From Eledone cirrhosa (lineage: Eukaryota): a stretch of 64,000 nt of DNA. This document shows, one piece after another, positions 1 to 12,246 of the stretch (its first letter is position 1; the number at the start of each line of letters is the position of its first letter). Under the pieces are notes generated by a model. The model was not told the DNA's origin and ran no database searches. It saw nothing but the letters and a program-made list of their open reading frames with translations. Position numbers and translations under genes: made by a program. The DNA is taken from contig OZ024743.1 of the NCBI GenBank assembly GCA_964016885.1, positions 343,170,001 through 343,234,000 of the forward strand, read 5' to 3'.

Positions 1-555
1 TTATGGAATGGATAGTAGAGCCCTGTGTTAAGGTTTAAGGTTACGTCTAAAAAGTTAACAATGTTATAGTTATTCTCTATTTCTAACTTAAGGTTGTAGC
101 TATTGTATTATGGATTTTCTTTTCCTATTAATTTCACAATTACTATGATTTTCAATTAAAAGCAGCATATCATCACGATATAAACCACCGATCATCTCTG
201 GTATTTTTCTATGCAATGTATTATTAATAAATAGCCCACAAGATCCATTATCTGCGCCGAGTCAGATGATCCCATGGTGATATCAAAATTATTTTTTCTA
301 TCGGCTCTTGTCCAGAGATGATTGTTGAATTCAATTAAAGTTTTCCGTGCAGTTAAAATGATATGCATTTCTTCGCTAGATAAATCTGTATGTTTAGATT
401 CATAGATAAGAGCTTTATTAAGTAAACTAGGAGTAATGGAGGAGGAGTAGTTTGCAATATCCATTTGAATGAATTTTTTGTTTTGTTCAAATTTTATGTT
501 ATTGAACCAATCTATAACCTCGTTAGTACCGTTCCATAGTTTTAGGTAAGTTTTA
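1..555 (-). mobile_element. Penelope-like element reverse transcriptase fragment (degenerate)
   Basis: Minus-strand translation gives [39 protein letters not shown], then after a frameshift GGLYRDDMLL and VNFLDVTLNL. These are PLE RT motifs. Confidence 0.85.
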
Positions 556-565
556 GGTAAGATAC

Positions 566-614
<49 letters not shown>

Positions 615-720
615 TACATATATATACATATATATACATATATACATATATATACATATATACATACATATATACATATATATACATATATATATATACA
701 TATATACATATATATATATT
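556..720. repeat. (TA)n/(TATACA)n microsatellite
   Basis: Directly visible. Confidence 0.9.
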
Positions 721-985
721 GATATTCACATTAATATTGCTACTGATATTGATATTTTTATTAATTGATTTGATTATCGATTGATTGCTAGTTGTATTAA
801 TTTCATTGTTAACCCTAATTAATGTGTTCAATATTGTCAACACACTTCTAAATCTATAGTCTGAATTCATTTCAGTTAGCATTGAGTAAAACAGTGTATG
901 GCACAGTGTTACTATGTCATGGGTGCGCAAAGTATCTCTTGACAGTACGGTAAATTCATTTGTATGTATATATATATATATATAT

Positions 986-1368
986 ATATACGATATTAAA
1001 CAAATGGAAACTATATTTATAAAACCATATTTATTTCATTATACATATTTCGGGGATACCATATTAAAAATATGGCATGCCTTCGTCAGATAAAATACAA
1101 TATATAAACAGTTTTATAAATAATTTTGACGTACCATAAATATGAGCGACCATTATGTAGGAAGCTGGTTTGGTAGTCTACCAAACCAGCTTCCTACATA
1201 ATGGTCGCTCATATTTATGGTACGTCAAAATTATTTATAAAACTGTTTATATATTGTATTTTATCTGACGAAGGCATGCCATATTTTTAATATGGTATCC
1301 CCGAAATATGTATAATGAAATAAATATGGTTTTATAAATATAGTTTCCATTTGTTTAATATCGTATAT
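986..1368. repeat. Perfect palindrome (191-bp arms, 1-nt loop at 1177), probably an inverted PLE pseudo-LTR
   Basis: Centre reads ...ggtttggtag-t-ctaccaaacc...; the arms are complementary out to 986/1368 and contain a hammerhead core. Confidence 0.85.
1255..1325 (+). ncRNA. Minimal type I hammerhead ribozyme motif (PLE type); antisense mirror at about 1030-1100
   Basis: CTGACGA (1265-1271), stem II ..tgccatatt/aatatggta.., GAAA (1303-1306), then tatgTA. Stem I is weak. Confidence 0.55.
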
Positions 1369-1571
1369 CTACTCCAAAAATTTGTCGAGTGCTTTATATC
1401 AGTTATAAAATATTTACTTGTTGTAACCCAACAATTTTAAATAAAACTTTTGCATATATATATATATATATATATATATCAAAGGTATATATTGAGTTAG
1501 AAACTCAAAATAGTCTCTTACAATAAAATAGCTCTCGGAAAGAGATTTTTACGAGCCGTATATTATAATTG

Positions 1572-2130
1572 AATATAAAAGAAAAACGAACACAGATATA
1601 TACATATATGTGTTCAAATCGTAAGGGACCAGATTCACTAAGGTGAAAAGATACTAACTATAGACAATAGGGTTTGCCATACTCAATTTAAGAATAAATC
1701 AAGAAAATAAATACAAACTGGAATTGTGGTAACTACCAATCACCCAGACAGCTTTGGTCAGCTGTTTTGCAAAATTAATTGTGAAGCGGAATACCGATTC
1801 TTGCTCATCACTGGGTGAAGAATTAGTATCCTGGACATTTCTAAGTATATTAAAAAACTGAATAGTGTGCGTATATATAATAACGCACATGGTATCTGAA
1901 CTTAGCGTGTCTCACAAACTCACACCGCTAAAAATAGCAGCCAGGTTTACTCGACATTTGAATTAGCTCAACAAATTAACGGAGCCGAATATATCAAAGG
2001 TATATATTCTTAAATTGAGTATGGCAAACCCTATTGTCTATAGTTAGTATTCCTTTCACCTTAGCGAATCTGGTCCCTTACGATTTGAACACATATATGT
2101 ATATATCTGTGTTCGTTTTTCTTTTATATA
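1572..2130. repeat. Inverted repeat pair (about 1572-1696 and 2006-2130), likely PLE pseudo-LTR remnant
   Basis: About 125-bp near-identical reverse complements; degenerate GTGATGA core on the minus strand near 1805-1811. Confidence 0.65.
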
Positions 2131-2368
2131 TATATATATTTATATTACTCTATAAGACGTGTACCAGCTGCCAAAGTGTATGATAAAAGTATATATCTGT
2201 ATCAATACAGAGTGTTTAACCGAGACTGCACCAATGTGTATAAATATATACACAGATCTGATTTGCACGCAATGAAAACGTGCCAGAAAAAACTACTAGC
2301 CAGTACTTCTTCTTAACGCACCAATAGCCTCTAAAAAAGAAACCTATTCTGGACAAAAATACAACAAA

Positions 2369-2447
<79 letters not shown>

Positions 2448-3402
2448 ATATATATGTATGGAACAACAAAGTTCTTAGATCCATAATTTGTCAACTTTTA
2501 CAAACTTTCGCGGTCTCATTTTCAAGAGTGTTGTTGGTTTATATTTCCTACCTCTTTTATCATAAGCATTTTACGATTTTCATACCTGATTGCGAACCTT
2601 AACCTTTTAGCATTTACATTACTCTATATTTACTATTATATTTTTGTGGTAAAGGCTGTACCTCACATAATTATCTCACATAATATCGAATCTGTGAGAT
2701 TTTGATGTTATTTATTTTGAGAACAGTACGTTAACATTGTTTTGTTTGGCCAGTTATAGCCGGTTTGAACAGAAACAGGTGTAAGAATTCTGGCCGGATA
2801 TGGCCGATTTAAAAGCTAAAGGGTTAAACCTGATCATTAGACTCGCACATTACAAACCATGTGATTATGACGTGTGTGTGTTGTTCGTATGACTGGTGCT
2901 ATACTGGATATTAGAATCAAAATGCGATATACGTATTGTTTCCAAGTTTAAGATTCAAATTCCGGTGGAAAAAATCATAAAATGATAGTAAATAATATAA
3001 AAGACAGTTAAAATAAACCTCCAATATTCCTGAAGATGCGACCGTGAGGATTTGAAAACGTTGACAAAATTATTGACCTAGAAACTTTGTTGTTTCAAAT
3101 GAACTGTACAGAAGTAAGGAGAAAACATGGTATGATTCTAATAAAGAAATTGAAACTAGAATGTAGTCGTGTTTTCAACGATTATAACAGAAGAACTGTT
3201 CCCTATATACACGAATGTGTGTGTGTGTGTGTGTATGTGTGCACCCGCGTGTGTGTGTGCATGTGTGTATGCAGTGGTTAAAATATTCAAAATTATGGAA
3301 AGAAGTGTTGTAATGTATATTTTATTTTCTAAAATAAGTATTTACCTCATTCATTTAAAAACAACAGAAGGCCGGATTGGAAATTTTCTTTAAAGTTTTA
3401 AT

Positions 3403-3540
3403 GTTGCAAAAACACTATACGTATTTCAATTGCCTAGTTACATCATCCAATCATGATGCAAGTCTTATGCGATATCATCAGGTGCTAATTGCAAAATTAG
3501 CTAATTGATAACAGGATTACTGCAAACACAAACAAAGAAT
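3403..3540 (-). ncRNA. Type I hammerhead-like motif in a dispersed repeat
   Basis: Minus strand: gcacCTGATGAtatcgc..catcat/atgatg..gcaattGAAAtacgTAtagtg. Homolog in opposite orientation at 7980-8115. Confidence 0.55.
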
Positions 3541-3838
3541 TATCTATCTATCACCATATCATTATCGTTAGTATTATTATGGGTTACACCATCGACTGAC
3601 CACCTGCAGCCTTCTGGATAACAAGCAGGGTCACTAAATTCGGTTCTATGCTTTGAGTGCGTGGAATTAATTAACTAATTAATTGATTTTCTCCTCCCTT
3701 CGTTATTTGAATATATTTGGTCACTAGTAACCTATTTGTTTTTGAACTTTGCGGGTACGTCACAGCACACTTTCTACAAACACTCACATATATTCGCGAA
3801 TTAGTTTAGATGCTCCTTAATCAGTCTATGATTTACTT

Positions 3839-3900
3839 CAGAGGTTCTCAAACTTTGGGGACCACCGCCTCCTCACAGCCATGTAATTCCCTCAGCGTCC
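3839..3900 (+). mobile_element. hAT (Charlie/MER5-like) terminal fragment
   Basis: Begins CAGAGGTTCTCAAAC, a typical hAT TIR; no partner TIR found. Confidence 0.35.
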
Positions 3901-3986
3901 CCATCCCTATTTCCAGAGATACCTGCCTACACGCAAATTGTAAATAATATATAAATAAAACCGTTAATTTATATATAATAAATAAT

Positions 3987-4330
3987 ATCATCATCATCCG
4001 GCGGCCTCAGCCGAAATCGACTCAGCAATTGATCTCCACGTGGGTCTGTCATTCATTGCCGCTGCCAAATCCTGGATTTTAATACCAGAATCTCTGGAGA
4101 TGACATCGGGATAAGAGAGCTTGCGCCATCTGTAATTAGTGACTGCTTGTGGTTTCCAAAGCACTAATTGTGACACAGCCCCATAGGTGGCACGATGGCA
4201 GTGGCCAGCAAATCTTACTCTCCTTTTACGTACAACGACAGATATGCGTGGGAGGCCGGCATATATCTCTCTCAAAGTCAGATGTCGCCAGCTTATGTTC
4301 TGAATGCGTTGTTGTTTGGATGAAAGCGTC
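3987..4330 (-). mobile_element. RTE-type LINE 3' end
   Basis: LPRISVVVRKRRVRFAGHCHR..LVLWKP..YPDVISRD..AMNDRPTWR followed by a (GAT)n tail. Confidence 0.75.
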
Positions 4331-4486
4331 CATGTTTCACTTCCATATATAAATAAGTATTATATATTTTTTTGTTTTACTATATATATATATATATATA
4401 TATATAACGAAGGAAATGTGGTAAGGAATCAGATAGACCATAACGCACAAAAGTACTCAATACTTAGGGTAGTAGAGTGGGTAATA

Positions 4487-4600
4487 GGAACAAGTATGAC
4501 CCCGACGGCGGAGCTCAAGCCATTTCGACGGCTAATTCTGGACTAAATAAGAATTTTTAGCCTGGTAAATAAATAGCCGAACTTCTCAGGGGGTAATTCC
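4487..4600 (-). ncRNA. Type I hammerhead fold with variant core (pseudo-LTR copy 1)
   Basis: acccc-CTGAGAA-g..cggcta/tagccg..c-GAAA-tggc/gccg-TC-ggggt. Confidence 0.7.
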
Positions 4601-5047
4601 ATATATGGGAAGATAGTAATTGTCAAGAGGATTGGTAAAAAATTTGTTGTAAAGACAGTTGATTCTATCATGGCATTTAGTGGAAGGTAGGGTGGGGGTA
4701 GCTGAACTTGCTGGTAGAACAAAGAGGGAGTGGGGGAAGCCCAGTCAAGCGTTGAAAGTGAAATCTATACGGCGGATTCTAAGGATAGTGTATAGAAGGT
4801 CGAAAAAAGTGTATTGGAGAAGGGGAGGGGGGAGTTTAAAAAGTAGGTAAATCGAAAGGGAGTAAACAAACGAGCCATTATAAAGATGAGGAGATAAATA
4901 TATAAAAAAAATATATATATAAACAAACAGCAATTTCTGGTTACTATTCCATCCCCAGCATCCCCAAATCTCTCATTGGTATTGTTAAGCTATAGAAAAG
5001 TTTAATAGGTGGAGAAAAATGCTAAATGCGGGATTGTAGTGAAAGCA

Positions 5048-5420
5048 CTTTATAAAACCATCTTTACAGGGGGGCTGACACCACTGCAAAAGTTAGTAGT
5101 AATCATCTTACAATGACAGGTTAATAAGTTGAGGACAAACATACTAAAAACCTAATACGAACTATTAATTCAGAATGCTATTACATACTAATATCAATAA
5201 TACTAGAGCAAAAATACCACTAAGAATTTTATAAAGCCATCTTTACAGGGTGTCAAACACCACTGTAATAATTAGTAATAATCAGCCAATGCTATCTTAC
5301 AATGACAGGTTAATAAGTTGAGGGCAAACATACTAAAAAACTAATACAAAATATTAATTCAGAATACTAATACAATAAATACTGATACAAGAATACCAAT
5401 GCAGAAATACCACTAAGAAA
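5048..5420. repeat. Two diverged tandem copies (about 180-190 bp) in the PLE 3' UTR
   Basis: ccatctttacaggg..atcttacaatgacaggttaataagttgagg..aaataccactaagaa occurs twice. Confidence 0.8.
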
Positions 5421-5761
5421 TCTAGAAACCACGGAAATGGAACAGCAACCAGAAAGAAGGCAATTTTCTGGGGTCTAACATATCTGCTATAAAAAGCGTA
5501 ATCGGCCAATTCTATCTTAAAATTAAGGGGGGTGCTGAGGCTACAGAGGACCGATGGGCTGCATTGGGGTAGGCGAAAAGTTGAAAAAAAAAACAAAGAC
5601 GACAAGAAAGGAGATCTGGGTTGGAAGGACTAGGAAGAGATGGGGGGGGGAGAAGGAACTAGAGAGGAAAAGATGAAAAAAAAATATTAAAAAAATATTT
5701 AAAAGTTACGTCTACCTTTGTAAGCAGGGTTACCCCTTACAAAGTCGGCAAGTGGGGTGTT

Positions 5762-7158
5762 TCAGCCCTTGTCTACCCCCCCCCCCCCCGGGTCATTATG
5801 GGGTTTGAGGGCGAGGTAGGTCCTACGCAATCTGTGTTTGCATGCAGTTACCAGTTCGTCTTTCTTGTTTAGGAGTTGGTCCTTCGAAAACAATATTTGT
5901 AATGTTTCCTCCGAGCATAAGTTACACGGACGACGTTCTCCCGTGTAAGAGTTAGCTCTGGACAGTAAGCTCCAAGTGAGATTGTATGTTATATTATTAT
6001 CTTTGAGGTCCCAGATGTGGCCCGAGAGTGTAGTGATGTGACGCCGGTTTCGGAAAGTATGTCTGTGTAGGTAGAGCCGGGGCTTGAAGTCACAAGTGGT
6101 TAATCCTATATAAGTTTTGTTGGAGGTGTCCGTCTTCACGTTGCACTGGTAGATCACATTACGATCTCGGCATCTGTTGTTGAGGGGGGCAAAGGGATCT
6201 ATCAGGACAGTTGCACCTCCTGGTCGGCTCTCCACTGCTGTCTCGGTTATTTCTTCCATGGGGGTTGAGTTTTTTATTGTTAGAGGAGACGATGTTTTGT
6301 GCAAAGTTAGGTGTGATGCTGTAGAAGAGTTTAATGGTGTTTCTGTTGATTATGTTGTGGTAGCGGTGTTGTAGTGGGAAGTGTCTTTCGATGAGCCTAA
6401 AGAAGATTTTCCCGATAGGCATTGTGGGGAGGATTGAACCACGTTACGTTGCGTGAGCGGCGGTGTCGCCTGCTGGTTCCGCTAATGGAAGCTGGATGAT
6501 AGGATATTTCCTCCCGGAAGCCACTCTGCTTGAGGGCCTGGTTGTAATAAGGCGCATGTTCATCGAATATCTGCTCATTAGCGGACAGACGAGATATGCG
6601 GAGGGAAATGTTTTTAACCAGGTTATTGGTGATGTTTCTAGGGTGGTTCGACCGGCGGTGGATGTAATGCAGGTTGTCGTTAGGTTTCCTGTATGGGTAG
6701 TACAGATCATTATCGAGGTTAAGGGTAACGTCCAGGAAGTTTACTCGGGTTAGGTACGTTTGTAGGGTTATTTTAAATCCTCAGTCGCGGAAGAAGCTGA
6801 TTAATTGTTTACGGACCCGGTCCGTACTACTGGGGTTGTACCCTTTGAGGGTAAGGAGCCCATCATCACGGTACAATCCACCGCCGAATGCAGGAAACCT
6901 TTCGGTGAGTTTAAATAGTAGGAATAATCCTATAAGATCTGTGACCTCAGCCGAATCCGTCGCGCCCATACTGACGTCGAAGGGGGAGTCAGGAGCTCTC
7001 TTTATCCATTTGGAGTTGTCGAAAAGTAGGACAGTCTTCCTGGCGTGGAGGATGATATTTCTTTACTGGTCGGTGATGGGCGCGAGTGTTTCGGCGAAGT
7101 CCAAAGCAGCCGTAAGGAGCGGTAAGGTAATTGAAGCATAGTAACTCTCTATGTCAAA
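5762..7158 (-). pseudogene. PLE RT + GIY-YIG endonuclease ORF, frameshifted
   Basis: ORF-track fragments 6781-6969, 6159-6422 and 5762-6304 are consecutive parts of one RT/GIY-YIG protein. Confidence 0.88.
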
Positions 7159-7566
7159 CTATTAAACTTTTCTATAGCTTAACAATACCAATGAGAGATT
7201 TGGGGATGCTGGGGATGGAATAGTAACCAGAAATTGCTGTTTGTTTATATATTTGTTTTTTTTATATATTTATCTCCTCATCTTTATAATGGCTCGTTTG
7301 TTTACCCCCTTTCGATTTACCTACTTTTTAAACTCCCCCCTCCCCTTCTCCAGTACACTTTTTTCGACCTTCTATACACTATCCTTAGAATCCGCCGTAT
7401 AGATTTCACTTTCAACGCTTGACTGGGCTTCCCCCACTCCCTCTTTGTTCTACCAGCAAGTTCAGCTACCCCCACCCTACCTTCCACTAAATGCCATGAT
7501 AGAATCAACTGTCTTTACAACAAATTTTTTACCAATCCTCTTGACAATTACTATCTTCCCATATAT

Positions 7567-7680
7567 GGAATTACCCCCTGAGAAGTTCGGCTATTTATTT
7601 ACCAGGCTAAAAATTCTTATTTAGTTCAGAATTAGCCGTCGAAACGGCTTGAGCTCCACCGTCGGGGTCATACTTGTTCC
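7567..7680 (+). ncRNA. Type I hammerhead fold with variant core (pseudo-LTR copy 2)
   Basis: CTGAGAA 7578-7584; GAAA 7641-7644; GTC 7661-7663; stem I acccc/ggggt plus ggaa/ttcc. Confidence 0.7.
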
Positions 7681-7717
<37 letters not shown>

Positions 7718-7979
7718 ATCATTTGGTAGTTAATATACTATTATATCATCTGTACCGCCCCCTTAGGCCCCAGTGGCCCCCTGGACCTTCTCAACTACCC
7801 CCGGTGGCATTTTCTGACGACATTAGAATTTCTGTCCCCATCAAACAACCCCAACCCCATTTTGTCGTACCTACCAACCCACAATGCTCAACATTGATGA
7901 ATATGTGCCATTCTGCGATTGGTTTGCTATTACTATAACACCGAATAGGCGAGCCATCCCCGAATCAAACTTTTTCTTT

Positions 7980-8115
7980 TCTCTGGTTGTGTTTGCCGTA
8001 ATCCTGTTACCAATTAGCTAATTTTGCACTACACACCTGATGATATCTCCTAAGTCTTGAATCATGATCGGATGATGTAACTAGACCATTGAAATACATA
8101 TAGTGTTTTTGCAAC
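7980..8115 (+). ncRNA. Type I hammerhead-like motif in a dispersed repeat
   Basis: gcacta..CTGATGA (8037-8043)..GAAA (8091-8094) tacaTA tagtgt. Confidence 0.55.
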
Positions 8116-8371
8116 ACACACAAACAAACGCACGCTTACACACATGTCAACCCCACATATACATTGATTACCTCCCTTTCTAAACCTCTCTAACGCGTAA
8201 GATACCCACTTCCTTGAACAGCAACTCTCCAAAATGGCTGACTGAAGACGCAGGTGTGTTTTTTCTCCCCTTTTTTCTCATTTTTCTCTGTTCCTTCTTC
8301 TTATCACTCTTTTCTTTCTATTTTCTTCTATTTCTAACTCTAGCTTCTGATGAAGGACTAGTTTAGTATAG

Positions 8372-8512
8372 TCAGCTGAAAATGAGTACCAGCAGTAGCA
8401 GGGGTTTTAACCTTGCGATGGATTGGCGTCCTATCCAAGGGAGAGTCTTGTACTCTCAGTCACTTCACGCTACTGAAACCGGAATAAGCACTGGCCTGGT
8501 GAGCCTCCAGGC
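8372..8512 (+). mobile_element. SINE central/3' fragment
   Basis: agctgaaaatgagtacc..ccttgcgatggattggcgtcctatccaaggg..cacttcacgctactgaaaccgg resembles widespread conserved-domain metazoan SINEs. Confidence 0.5.
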
Positions 8513-9132
8513 TCGAGTAAAAGAGGGCAAATACCTAATTTGTGTTTAATGAATAAAAACAGAGGATTAATTGAAAATGAAAATAGAAATAGTGGGAGAA
8601 GGAAAAGTGAAACAATGAAAGAGAGAGAAACAGCAGAGTGGAAGTAAGATGTTGTAATAGTATATGATAGTGAGTGCCAATAAGAGAAGCTAAAATAACG
8701 CTGGAGGTGAGCGGGAGTGACAACGGTGGGGTGGACATTGTGATTATGAGACAGCGTCTACGTGACATTTTTGATCTCTTTCATCCTTCCAGAATAGATA
8801 ACATAATTACCAGTCAAGTACTGGTCGATATAATTGACTGTTCCCTCCTGCAAAAATTTCCGACATTGTGTCTATCTAAAAAACAGTATTAGATTAAAGA
8901 GAAACAAAACATACGGACTGACAGTATTAAGGAAGAACTGAAAGAATAAAGGATAAGGTAAGAGAGAGAGGGGGAACAAGGAGGAGGAGAAAAGACAAAG
9001 AATAAAATATATGGAAAGGGATGGGTGAGTGGAAGTAAGAGGTGGTAATTGAGATTGTGGTAAGAAGAGATAATGTGTCCCTTGATTCAGCAAAATGTTA
9101 CTAGCGGAGGAGCAGATAATAGTTACATACAT

Positions 9133-9346
9133 GGTGGCTGCCAACTCGTTTTCGAGTACGGCCACTACTTTATATCCATGTAGGAGAACCCCTACCGATC
9201 CGCTGAACGAGTGTGACTTTTTAGTCCAGCCAGCGACTTGAAAACTCTGGTACAAACACTACACTTGTGACAATTATTGACACATAGTGCTGGGCCCATG
9301 GCACCATGTGACGACAAGTGCAGAGAGATCGCCAGATATAAAGCAA
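9133..9346 (-). mobile_element. RTE-derived non-autonomous element type X, 3' part
   Basis: Same sequence as the copies at 22963 and 24389; encodes a C2H2 remnant CSVCTRVFKSLAGLKSH; (TATG)n on both sides. Confidence 0.75.
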
Positions 9347-9400
9347 TACATACATACATACATACATACATACATACATACATACATACATACATACATA

Positions 9401-9650
9401 CAATCCATTAAAAATATGTAAAACATTCCAAAAATTCTGTACAGATACAAAGCATATGCACATGCACACATACAACTCAAAACATACACATCCACACATA
9501 CAGTAACATCCATACCTGCATACATGCAGACATGCGTACATACCTTGATGTTGTGTAAATTCCAATGAGTGATTCTTGTATCTATGTTAGAAACTGACTC
9601 TCCCTCTCTCTCTATTGGCAAACATTTGTGAAATTATAGAACCAGAAGAA
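9401..9650 (+). mobile_element. R4-clade family A 3' end within (CATA)n
   Basis: Matches the 3' UTR of the 12973 and 35478 copies; ends accagaagaa|catacataca; (CATA)n also upstream. Confidence 0.85.
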
Positions 9651-9660
9651 CATACATACA

Positions 9661-10213
9661 TGAGGATTGCAGCATGTTCACAGACGATTGCCGTCTCTTA
9701 TAGATTCTTCATTGTCATCCTATTAGCGTCCATGACTTCGTAGATGACTTTGTAGACCAGCTGTAGATCTGCATGGTTTACGACACAGGTGACAAAAGAG
9801 AGTTGTGCTTTCCACAGGACCGGTGGTGGCACCCTGTGGGACACAATCTTTATGTACCACCATGTGTCTTTTTAGTTCGGAACTAGTTCTACACACTTCG
9901 TTGCATATCACACACGTTGTTTCGCCAGGTCTTTGTTGAGTCGTGTTGCGGGTGGTTATTCAGGTGTTTAATATAACCAGCCTCGGAGAGGAGTACACGC
10001 TGACAGAAATTGCATGTCCAACTACTGATGACTTCATCGAGACTGTGAGCACAGCCCTTCCGGAGCTAACGCTTCAGTTGTTTATGTTCCAGACGACATT
10101 CCTCAAAAGTTTTACAACTGCCCTTTATGCGCTTTCTCCATGTAGCCCTATTTAGAGCTATCTACTTCCAGTTGTCTATATCAAATGCCAGCTCTTTGAG
10201 GTTGTTCTTAGAA
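9661..10213 (-). mobile_element. RTE LINE 3' end with two C-terminal C2H2-like fingers and a (TATG)n tail
   Basis: KNNLKELAFDIDNW..ALNRATWRKRI..CKTFE, then CNEVCRTSSELKRHMVVH and CHLCRKPCRSTAGLQSHLRSH. Confidence 0.7.
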
Positions 10214-10949
10214 GGAGGCGGTGATGAGGATTAGGAAGAGATGCTTAAAGCATTGCGAAAGAATTATACATTTAGAAATATATAATAGATTACATCTCTG
10301 TGTTCGTGTTCTTCATATATTTGAAAAACCAACAAAGTTAATTACAAATTTAATACATTTAGTTTAATGTTCGAAGTAAAAGTTAAAGTATGCTTTATAA
10401 CTACACAATAAAGATAAATTCTACCTCCGCGAGAGTCAAATTCATAACTTAAATCTTAGGTAATAAATGACATGGCCACTACCACCACCCACAAAAAAAA
10501 GGAAACAGTAACAATGTCTTACACAATTAGTGCCTGCGCGTATCGACCTATTCTCAGCTGAGTATTAACAAGTCGCTCTACGCATTACACCAGTGCAACG
10601 AAAAAATTCAATTGAATTAATAGTAAGATGTAATAAGATTTATACACTGAGTTACTTGATCAAAACGCACAACTTTCCTTTTTATATCATCATGAGCCGG
10701 CATTTGATCAGATCATAGTATAAATTAAGAAATAAGAAAAAGTTAATAAGCGATTAAACTTGTACGATATTCAATTTAATGTTTAAAGTGAAGTTATTTC
10801 AAGTGCTTTGTACGCTCACGCAAATAAAGATAAAGTAGATCTCGCCTGGAGTTAAGCTCACAATGTGTGTGTAGCTAGATTTTAATGGAATAACAAAGAA
10901 AATTGAAGCTGGCCAATATTACAATATTCGCAATATTAGCGCTATGCAC

Positions 10950-11600
10950 AGCCAACAAAATCTTCACACTGCAGCAGGTCTTCGAGAAATCATGGAAGTA
11001 TTGCCAAGAGGTATATTCGTGTTTTGTAGACCTCGAAAAGACATATGACCGCGTTCCTCAGCACGTGCTGTGGAAGATTCTGTCGGAGTATGGGTCAGCT
11101 TCTTATTACCCTGATGTCTCTATACGAATGCCCGAGTATTCATGTTCGGATAAATGGTGCTAAATCGAAACCATTCAATGTGAAAGTCGGACTCTGCCAA
11201 GGGTGCCTACTGTCACCTCACCTGTTCATTATTTTCATAGACAAGATTATCATGCGCAGCCGGGTTGGAAATGTCACGACTGGCAATTGTATAATCATCG
11301 GCTAGATTTTGCAGACGACATGGCCTTACTTAATTCGGCAGAAGGTGATCTCCGACTTTCACTTGATTTGATGCCGAGTGCTGCATGGCTGGAATGAAAA
11401 TCAGTGCTGCGAAAACTGAGACACTTCTCTTCTCAGGGAAGCATGCGCAGTGCACTCTATATGTGAATGGAATTCCACTGAAGCAGGTGGAGAAGTTCAA
11501 GTATCTCCGGGCCGTATTCATGAGTGATGGAAGGTAGGAGACAAATTAAGTGCAAGAATTGCAGGAGCAGGTGCAGTAATGCGCCAACTTTAGCATTCGG
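10950..11600 (+). mobile_element. RTE-clade LINE RT fragment (degenerate)
   Basis: IFTLQQVFEK..FVDLEKTYDRVP; GLCQGCLLSPHLF; FADDMALL; GMKISAAKT; KQVEKFKYL. Confidence 0.85.
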
Positions 11601-11608
11601 TAATCATA

Positions 11609-11644
<36 letters not shown>

Positions 11645-11648
<4 letters not shown>

Positions 11649-11750
11649 GCGTCTTGCTCAAAGACATAACGCGCCGTCCAGTCTAGGAATCGAGCCCATG
11701 GTCCTATGATCGTGAGTTCAACATCCTAGCCACTAGGCCATACACCTTCA
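11645..11750 (-). mobile_element. tRNA-derived SINE head (family 2)
   Basis: Reverse complement resembles the 26121 SINE head: A/B boxes plus gtctttgagcaagacgctt. Confidence 0.6.
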
Positions 11751-11754
11751 TGAC

Positions 11755-11890
11755 AACAACGTGACCTTAATCATCTGGGATATGCCTATCCAAACTGACA
11801 AGGAGGTCAAGACAAACCGTCCAGTTATAATAATCGCGGACTAGAACAAAAATACATTTATACTGTTAGATATCACGATCCCGTCTGATC
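11755..11890 (+). mobile_element. R4-like restriction-like endonuclease fragment (divergent family)
   Basis: Translates IIWDMPIQTDKEVKTNRPVIII..ILLDITIPSD. Confidence 0.6.
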
Positions 11891-11969
11891 AAAATACTGC
11901 CTGAAAAAAATTGGGAAAACTTTTCAAACACAAGAATAACAAAGTCGAAATAATTTTGCTGTGAGTTAT

Positions 11970-12246
11970 GAAGAAGAAGAAGAAGAAGAAGAAGAAGAAG
12001 AAGAAGAAGAAGAAGAAGAAGAAGAAGAAGAAGAAGAAGAAGAAGGAGAAGGAGAAGGAGGAGAAGAAGAAGAAGAAGAAGAAGAAGAAGAAGAAGAAGA
12101 AGAAGAAGAAGAAGGAGGAGGAGGAGAAGGAGAAGGAAAAGGAGGAGAAGAAGAAGAAGAAGAAGAAGAAGAAGAAGAAGAAGAAGAAGAAGAAGAAGAA
12201 GAAGAAGAAGAAGAAGAAGAAGAAGAAGAAGAAGAAGGAGAAGAAG
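11970..12246. repeat. (GAA)n/(GGA)n trinucleotide microsatellite
   Basis: Directly visible. Confidence 0.95.

Larger units (their letters stand above)
4484..7683 (-). mobile_element. 5'-truncated Penelope-like element with inverted pseudo-LTRs
   Basis: RT motifs FDIESYYASIT, MGATDSAEVTDLIG and GGLYRDDGL; GIY-YIG domain VIYQC..TYIGLT..FKPRLYLH..CNLCSEE..LLNKKDE; about 525-bp inverted repeats at 4484-5008 and 7159-7683; ORF frameshifted. Confidence 0.92.

Noticed and set aside
3025-3066. CTGAAGA..GAAA hammerhead candidate
   Set aside because: No convincing stem II or stem I pairing.
9723-9911. Host C2H2 zinc-finger gene
   Set aside because: No TGEKP linkers or exon structure; it lies between RTE C-terminal sequence and a (TATG)n tail.
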